Positions 37,912 to 43,154 of a stretch of 43,154 nt of DNA are shown here, in pieces; within the stretch, counting starts at the first letter, position 1, and every line of letters begins with the position of its first letter. A program made the position numbers and the translations under genes. The stretch comes from Bernardetia sp. (lineage in GTDB: Bacteria; Bacteroidota; Bacteroidia; Cytophagales; Bernardetiaceae), in NCBI GenBank assembly GCA_020630575.1, contig JAHDBD010000016.1:1-43154 (forward strand). Reading direction: 5' to 3'. A model generated the notes under the pieces. It was not told the DNA's origin and did not search any database. It saw only the letters and a list, made by a program, of their open reading frames with translations.

Positions 37912-38457
37912 ATGCTTGATTTATACCCTTCCTTAGCTCATAAAGATGTCATTTTGATGTATCAAGGGGCAATGTCCCAAACTATTTTGGCAACGATGGC
38001 AAAACGATTACGTGAAGCTGAAGAAGATTATTTAGTTAGTAAACGTCTTTTTGCTATCATTATCGAACTAGGACAGAATATCAATCATTATTCTGAAAAA
38101 AGAGAGTTTTCTGTTGCAGACAGAAGAGAAGTAGGCTATGGAATGTTTGTCGTACAAAAAACAGATACACATTATATTTTTACAGCTGCCAACAAAATAA
38201 AAGCTGGAAAAATAAAAAAAATGAAAAAACATTGTGAACATATCAATTCGCTAAACCCTAAAGACTTGCGTGTTTTTTATCGTTCACAGCGAAGAGCAAC
38301 TCGTCAGGACGGACATTATGGAGGAAATATTGGCTTTATAGAAATGGTCAGAAAATCTAATAATCCATTAGAAACTGAATTTACTGTTTCAGAAAAAAAC
38401 GAAAAAATGGCGTATTTTTCTATTCAAGTAAAAATGAATCGCCTTGAGGTATTTTAA
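37912..38457 (+). CDS. Small GHKL-like (SiaB/RsbW-like) putative kinase partner of the PP2C sensor
   Basis: 181 aa. N-box-like ELGQNINHYS and Gly-rich HYGGNIGFIE resemble GHKL ATP-binding boxes of partner-switching kinases. Located directly downstream of the PP2C phosphatase. Confidence 0.35.
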   Translation: MLDLYPSLAHKDVILMYQGAMSQTILATMAKRLREAEEDYLVSKRLFAIIIELGQNINHYSEKREFSVADRREVGYGMFVVQKTDTHYIFTAANKIKAGKIKKMKKHCEHINSLNPKDLRVFYRSQRRATRQDGHYGGNIGFIEMVRKSNNPLETEFTVSEKNEKMAYFSIQVKMNRLEVF

Positions 38458-38747
38458 AAACTATTTTTTCTTTATTTTTATCAAATTCTTCTCGCATACT
38501 ATTTTCCATCGTAGTAATAAGTCTCAAATATTAATAAATAAACTACTTGGTATCCTCTTTTCTGATAGAATAACATGAGAAAAAAATAGACTCTTTACGA
38601 ATAATCCTAATTATGTCTTGTTTAGCTTTTTCCAAAAAAGCTCTTCTCATATAAAACATTTTTAAACAAAGCAAGTTTGTTCTATAATTGATTATTAAAA
38701 TAATCATATTATTGAATCATTTTTTAAACTTATAAAAACCAATTTTT

Positions 38748-39920
38748 ATGAAAGCTCTTTGTTGGCATGGTAAAAACGATGTTCGAATTGATAGGGTAGA
38801 TGATCCTATTATTGAAGATCAAGGCGATATTATTATAAAGGTAACTGCAACAGCAATCTGTGGTTCTGATTTGCATATATTGGCAGGAATGGTTCCTACT
38901 ATGAAAGAAGGAGATATTTTAGGTCATGAGTTTATGGGTGAGGTAGTAGAAGTTGGAAAATCTATACAAAATTTTAAGAAAGGAGACAGAGTTGTTGTTC
39001 CTTTTACTATTGCTTGTGGGCATTGTAATTTTTGTGATGATGATTTATACTCGCTTTGTGACAACTCAAACCGAAATGCAGAGCAAGCTAAAGAAAACTT
39101 AGGACATAGTATTTCAGGTATTTTTGGATATTCTCATATGCTGGGTGGCTATGCTGGTGGACAAGCAGAATATGTACGTATCCCTTTTGCTGATTATGGA
39201 CCTATCAAAGTACCTGATTCGCTTCGTGATGATCAAGTATTGTTCTTATCTGATATTTTTCCGACAGGGTATATGGCAGCTGAAAATGCCCAAATTAAAA
39301 AAGGAAGTACAGTAGCTGTTTGGGGCTGTGGTCCTGTAGGTCAGTTTGCTATTCAGAGCGCATGGATGATGGGAGCAGGACGGGTAATTGCTATAGATGA
39401 TGTAGAAGAACGATTAGATATGGCAGAAAAATATGGAAAAGCAGAAGTAATTCGCACTACTAACGAAAAAGAAGTGTATGAACGTTTGCAAGACATGACA
39501 GATGGTTTTGGTCCTGCAAGTTGTATAGATGCAGTAGGAGCAGAAGCACATGGAACAATGTTGGAGAATGCAAAAGATAAGATAGAAAAAGCTGTTAATT
39601 TACATAGTCCTCATCCTTATGTATTACAGCAAGTTATTAAAAATTGTAGAAAAGGAGGGACAGTTTCTATACCAGGAGTTTATGTGGGTGTAGTGGATGG
39701 AATTCCTTTTGGTGCTGCTATGAATAAAGGGCTCACCTTCAAAATGGGTCAGACACACGTACAGCATTATCTTAAACCACTTTTAGAAAAAGTAGAACGA
39801 GGAGAAATTGATCCGTCTTTCCTCATTACACACCGTCTAAAATTAGATGAAGCTCCAGAGGCTTATAAAACATTTAGAGACAAACAAGACAAATGTATTA
39901 AGGTTGTATTGACTCCTTAA
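38748..39920 (+). CDS. Zinc-dependent alcohol dehydrogenase, MDR family (formaldehyde-dehydrogenase-like)
   Basis: 390 aa. Catalytic Zn ligands (ICGSDLH..GHE), structural Zn motif [15 protein letters not shown]. Rossmann motif [12 protein letters not shown]. Confidence 0.85.
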   Translation: MKALCWHGKNDVRIDRVDDPIIEDQGDIIIKVTATAICGSDLHILAGMVPTMKEGDILGHEFMGEVVEVGKSIQNFKKGDRVVVPFTIACGHCNFCDDDLYSLCDNSNRNAEQAKENLGHSISGIFGYSHMLGGYAGGQAEYVRIPFADYGPIKVPDSLRDDQVLFLSDIFPTGYMAAENAQIKKGSTVAVWGCGPVGQFAIQSAWMMGAGRVIAIDDVEERLDMAEKYGKAEVIRTTNEKEVYERLQDMTDGFGPASCIDAVGAEAHGTMLENAKDKIEKAVNLHSPHPYVLQQVIKNCRKGGTVSIPGVYVGVVDGIPFGAAMNKGLTFKMGQTHVQHYLKPLLEKVERGEIDPSFLITHRLKLDEAPEAYKTFRDKQDKCIKVVLTP

Positions 39921-39979
39921 TTTATACCTATATGATTAAAACCTATTTTACAATGTATGTAAGATAGGTTTTTTTATAT

Positions 39980-40660
39980 TTAAAAATTTTTTCTTTCTCT
40001 AATAAAACGAAAAGAAAAATAAAGAATATTTAGAAAAATGCCCATCAAAATTGTCATTCCCACCATCCGAGGATATTCTGTTAAATTAGTAAAACGAAGA
40101 CTAATATCATTAAAAAGAGCAGAAGGTTGATTGATGATATCCCACGTATTCCAACGCAAATATCTGCCAATATAAATTCCAAAACCACTTAAAAACAGGA
40201 AAAATATAGTTGTAGCAGTTATCCAAAAAGAAGAAACTTTATTTTTTGTTTGATTTTTTAGGAGCTGTTCTATATCCCAAAGACTCAGAAAACCAAAAAG
40301 TAAACCTGCCCAAGCAAAACAAAGAATCAGAAACAAATCAAACCAAACAGGCATAGACGTTTTAAGACGTAGATGAAACAAATCAGTCAGAATGTAAGGG
40401 GCGTTAGGAAAAAACACAAGCCAAACAAAAAAAAGAATAGCTAAAATAATTTTACTTTTTCCAATCTTGGGAGTAATTGCTACAAAACTGGTCAGCAACC
40501 AAGGAACACACGCCAAAAATAAATTCCAATTCAAGAATAAAAACACTTTTGAACCTGTGTAAGAATAACGAAATACAGAAAGTCCGAAGCATATTAAGGT
40601 AACAAATCCTAAAAATAAAGTTTCTTGTATCCTAGGATGAATTTTGAATGTATTTATCAT
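39980..40660 (-). CDS. Integral membrane protein (DUF1361-like)
   Basis: 226 aa with 6 hydrophobic helices. Trp-rich periplasmic loops. No catalytic motif recognised. Confidence 0.4.
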   Translation of the reverse strand: MINTFKIHPRIQETLFLGFVTLICFGLSVFRYSYTGSKVFLFLNWNLFLACVPWLLTSFVAITPKIGKSKIILAILFFVWLVFFPNAPYILTDLFHLRLKTSMPVWFDLFLILCFAWAGLLFGFLSLWDIEQLLKNQTKNKVSSFWITATTIFFLFLSGFGIYIGRYLRWNTWDIINQPSALFNDISLRFTNLTEYPRMVGMTILMGIFLNILYFSFRFIRERKNF

Positions 40661-40894
40661 AATTATAAGTTGAAATAAGCACTAAAGCAAATTAATTGTA
40701 TCACTTCACTTACAAATAAAACACAATGTAGAAAAAGTAAAAGGTACTGCGAAAAATATTGACATTTTTTTTAAAAATTTCAAAAATTACGTCATGCCGC
40801 AACTAAAAATTACTTTTTAAAAATAGTAGAGTAGTACGATTCTACTAATACATTAATAAAGGTTTTACAATAAGAAAAATTCGTAATTCGTAAT

Positions 40895-41371
40895 TTAAAC
40901 TTTATAAATCATTTTGTAGTGCATAATTCCACTTTCTTCAAAAATATCTCCGTCTTTTTCGAATCCACAACGTTCATACAATGAAACGGCAGCAAGTTGA
41001 GCATGTAAATAAATTGTTTCTAAGTTCTTGAACTCTTCCTTTTTTTGGATTTGTTCTAATGCAAATTCTACCATTTTTTGTCCTATCTTTTTTCCTCTAG
41101 CTTCTTCCAAAACAGCAAAACGCTCTAATTTTATTTTTTTTGGAGAATTATCTTTGTGTTTTTCAGTTACTCTAAAACGAGCTGTTCCAACTGCCTTCTC
41201 ATTATCATAATTACTTTCATCTATTGCTAGAATATGAGTTGCGATTTCATCTAGTCCATCAAAATCATCTTCTTCAGGAACATCTTGTCCTTCAATAAAA
41301 ACAATTCTACGAATAGAAAAAGCACGTTCTAAATTTTCTAATGCTGTTGAATCAAAAAGCTGAATCTTCAT
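40895..41371 (-). CDS. GNAT family N-acetyltransferase
   Basis: 158 aa. Acetyl-CoA binding motif A: RFAVLEEARGKKIGQKMVEFALEQ. Typical length. Confidence 0.8.
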   Translation of the reverse strand: MKIQLFDSTALENLERAFSIRRIVFIEGQDVPEEDDFDGLDEIATHILAIDESNYDNEKAVGTARFRVTEKHKDNSPKKIKLERFAVLEEARGKKIGQKMVEFALEQIQKKEEFKNLETIYLHAQLAAVSLYERCGFEKDGDIFEESGIMHYKMIYKV

Positions 41372-41635
41372 AATAGAGGAGATAAAATAAATAAAAAAGA
41401 GATTTTAAGGATTAAATAAAAAAGATTTCAGAATCTAATACCACTTTTTAGACTAAGTTCTGTAATTTTGCAGCCACAAAAATAATTTATTTAATTTACA
41501 AAGGACAACGTTTTACTAAAAATACTTTCAAATTTTGAACGACTTATTAACTAATAAAAAAATTTATTTACTTAGATTAATTTGTAATTCGTAACTCGTA
41601 ATTGTCTTTGATTCATTCATAAAATTCATAAAATT

Positions 41636-42103
41636 ATGATTCAGCGTATTCAAAGTATTTTTTTATTGATGGTTTCTATCTTAATGGGACTTACTGTTTT
41701 TCTTCCTATTTGGGGAAAAGAAGTAGGAACAAACAAAATTCAGATAAATGCTATCGAAATGATACAAACTTCAGCAGGGGAAACAGTTATGCAACAAACA
41801 ACAGTTTACCTCGCCATTATTGCAGGTCTGACAGCTATTTTAGCTCTTTGGAATATTTTTAATTTCAAAAATCGTCGTTTTCAGATGAAAATTGCACTCT
41901 TTTGTACTCTTCTCATCGCTGCTTTTATTGGTGTTGCTACATTTATAACCTTTCAAGCACAAGACATTTTTTCTCCTGAGGTAGGAGGAACTATGGCGTA
42001 CGGTTATTACTTACCTGTGGCAGCCATTTTATTTAATTGGCTTTCTGTTCGTTTTATCAAAAAAGACGAAGATATGGTGCGTAGTGCAGACCGTTTAAGA
42101 TAA
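41636..42103 (+). CDS. Small integral membrane protein (DUF4293-like)
   Basis: 155 aa with 4 TM helices. The N-terminus MIQRIQSIFLL is characteristic of a Bacteroidota membrane-protein family. Confidence 0.45.
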   Translation: MIQRIQSIFLLMVSILMGLTVFLPIWGKEVGTNKIQINAIEMIQTSAGETVMQQTTVYLAIIAGLTAILALWNIFNFKNRRFQMKIALFCTLLIAAFIGVATFITFQAQDIFSPEVGGTMAYGYYLPVAAILFNWLSVRFIKKDEDMVRSADRLR

Positions 42104-42123
42104 TTTTTTTATACCTAAAAAAC

Positions 42124-42159
42124 AAAAAGCCATTTCTAACTAAGTAGAAATGGCTTTTT
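42124..42159. terminator. Bidirectional rho-independent terminator between convergent genes
   Basis: 15-bp perfect stem AAAAAGCCATTTCTA / TAGAAATGGCTTTTT with a 6-nt loop. Followed by T-runs. Confidence 0.65.
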
Positions 42160-42201
42160 GTTTTTTGTTAAATTAGGATATTAATCATTTATAACTAATA
42201 A

Positions 42202-43154
42202 TTAATTTGCTCCTTCTTCTGGCGCATCTAATTTATCCCCTTTATTCATATTGAATAAAAGAGAAAAACGAATTGTATCAGCAAGTGGATGTTGTTGTTG
42301 ATTTGGAATAAGATAAGCGAAATCAAAACCAAAAACTTGATAACGCAAGCCCAAACCTACTGTAAAGTAACGACGATTTCCTTTTTCTTGGTTTTCATGA
42401 AAATATCCTCCACGAAGCGCAATCAAATCAGCATACCAATATTCTGCACCTACAGCAAAAATCATTTCTTTTACTTCTTCACCAAAACCATCAGGAGCAT
42501 CTCCAAAAGATTTGAAAATAGAAGATAAAACTGGATCATTTTTTCCATTAGAGGCTGTATTTTCAGGAGTAGGAACAAGTAATTTGCTTACATCAAAAGC
42601 AAGAGTTAGTTTATTAAACTCATCAAACTCTGCATTAAAAGCCGTTCCGATACGTAAGTTGGCAGGCAAATAATCTTGTTGTGCTGCATCATTATAAGTT
42701 ACTGGCGCACCAATATTTGAAATATTTACACCTAATGCCCAATCTCCTTCAAAACTTTTAAAGTTTAGTTTGCTCTTATAAAACATCGACACATCTACTG
42801 CACCTGTGTTAGCTGGTTTAACATTTTCTACTGGTCCATTGTTGGTTACATTTCCTGCTAAATTAGAGTGAATATAACGAAACGTACCTGCAATACTTAA
42901 TTTTTTAGAAAGCTGTTGAGCAAAAGTTGCATCAATAGCCGCTTCACGAGGGTTAAAATCTCTTAGAGGTTCTCCTCTAGCATCTGTAAATTGAAGACTT
43001 CCCATATCAAAATAACGAAAAGAAACACCTACTGTTTGCGTCTTTGAAATGCGTTTTACACCACTTACATAGCCCAACCACATATCATTTACCAATTTTT
43101 GTAACCAAGGAGAATAAGAAACACCAAAAGACCAATCATTTTCTATAAAAGCTA
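42202..43154 (-). CDS. Outer-membrane beta-barrel protein, 5'-partial (PorV/PorQ-like or FadL-like)
   Basis: The frame is open to the window edge. Alternating amphipathic beta-strand pattern. The C-terminal strand ...DTIRFSLLFNMN ends near the C-terminus as in OM beta-barrels. No signal peptide at the in-window Met, so the true start lies upstream of 43154. Confidence 0.4.
   Translation of the reverse strand, partial: AFIENDWSFGVSYSPWLQKLVNDMWLGYVSGVKRISKTQTVGVSFRYFDMGSLQFTDARGEPLRDFNPREAAIDATFAQQLSKKLSIAGTFRYIHSNLAGNVTNNGPVENVKPANTGAVDVSMFYKSKLNFKSFEGDWALGVNISNIGAPVTYNDAAQQDYLPANLRIGTAFNAEFDEFNKLTLAFDVSKLLVPTPENTASNGKNDPVLSSIFKSFGDAPDGFGEEVKEMIFAVGAEYWYADLIALRGGYFHENQEKGNRRYFTVGLGLRYQVFGFDFAYLIPNQQQHPLADTIRFSLLFNMNKGDKLDAPEEGAN

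Noticed and set aside
413-42528. Other short ORFs antisense to or overlapping confident genes (e.g. 413..658, 1259..1471, 1513..1743, 3248..3463, 5394..5579, 17860..19438 set, 19715..20023, 20997..21194, 22082..22288, 24601..24955 set, 25404..25646, 29774..29965, 30745..31098, 34923..35625 set, 39124..39315, 41028..41210, 42289..42528)
   Set aside because: Each is embedded in a longer ORF with a recognisable domain on the opposite strand or in another frame. None has a recognisable motif, signal peptide or plausible start context.
1-43154. tRNA/rRNA genes and mobile-element genes (transposase, integrase)
   Set aside because: No cloverleaf-like GC-rich ~75-nt segments with conserved T-loop (GTTCRANYC) outside CDSs. 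No rRNA-like conserved stretches. No ORF with DDE, tyrosine or serine recombinase motifs. The holB 3'-end duplication has no accompanying recombinase.

Overview
This 43 kb window is low-GC (~33%) Bacteroidota DNA, probably from a Cytophagia-like genome. Lineage hallmarks are a T9SS C-terminal sorting domain on a giant S8 protease, 'SLAQ'-type signal peptides and many Bacteroidota DUF-like families. Nearly all genes are on the minus strand. Core genes present are mscL, an ECF sigma factor, a NifU-like protein, PBP1A and holB. Accessory and signalling genes include a complete bacteriophytochrome operon (heme oxygenase, BphP, response regulator, hybrid kinase). Also present are a periplasmic-propeller/GAF/PP2C sensor phosphatase with a small GHKL-like partner, a hybrid sensor kinase, a Zn-ADH and a GNAT. 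The most interesting region is ~3.7-10.2 kb. It contains two unannotated small ORFs with paralogous double-glycine (GG) leader peptides. One has a 29-aa core with six Cys; the other has a 40-aa core with two Cys. Next to them is a fusion protein with a C39-like peptidase domain that lacks the catalytic Cys, joined to a vitamin-K-epoxide-reductase (VKOR) domain and a thioredoxin CPPC domain. The locus also has an HlyD-family adaptor, two further secreted thioredoxin-fold proteins, a truncated remnant of a second C39-like gene, and conserved 3'UTR/terminator modules. Together this looks like a leader-guided, dedicated disulfide-forming maturation system for exported Cys peptides. It would be a Bacteroidota analogue of the sublancin SunA/BdbA/BdbB logic, but with VKOR replacing DsbB and everything fused. 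No ABC transporter is present in the locus. Other notable observations follow. Degenerate heptanucleotide tandem repeats are widespread in intergenic spacers. A ~50-bp direct duplication of the holB 3' end brackets a three-gene cassette of membrane-anchored paralogs. There are several clean bidirectional rho-independent terminators. No tRNA, rRNA, CRISPR array, transposase or integrase was detected.
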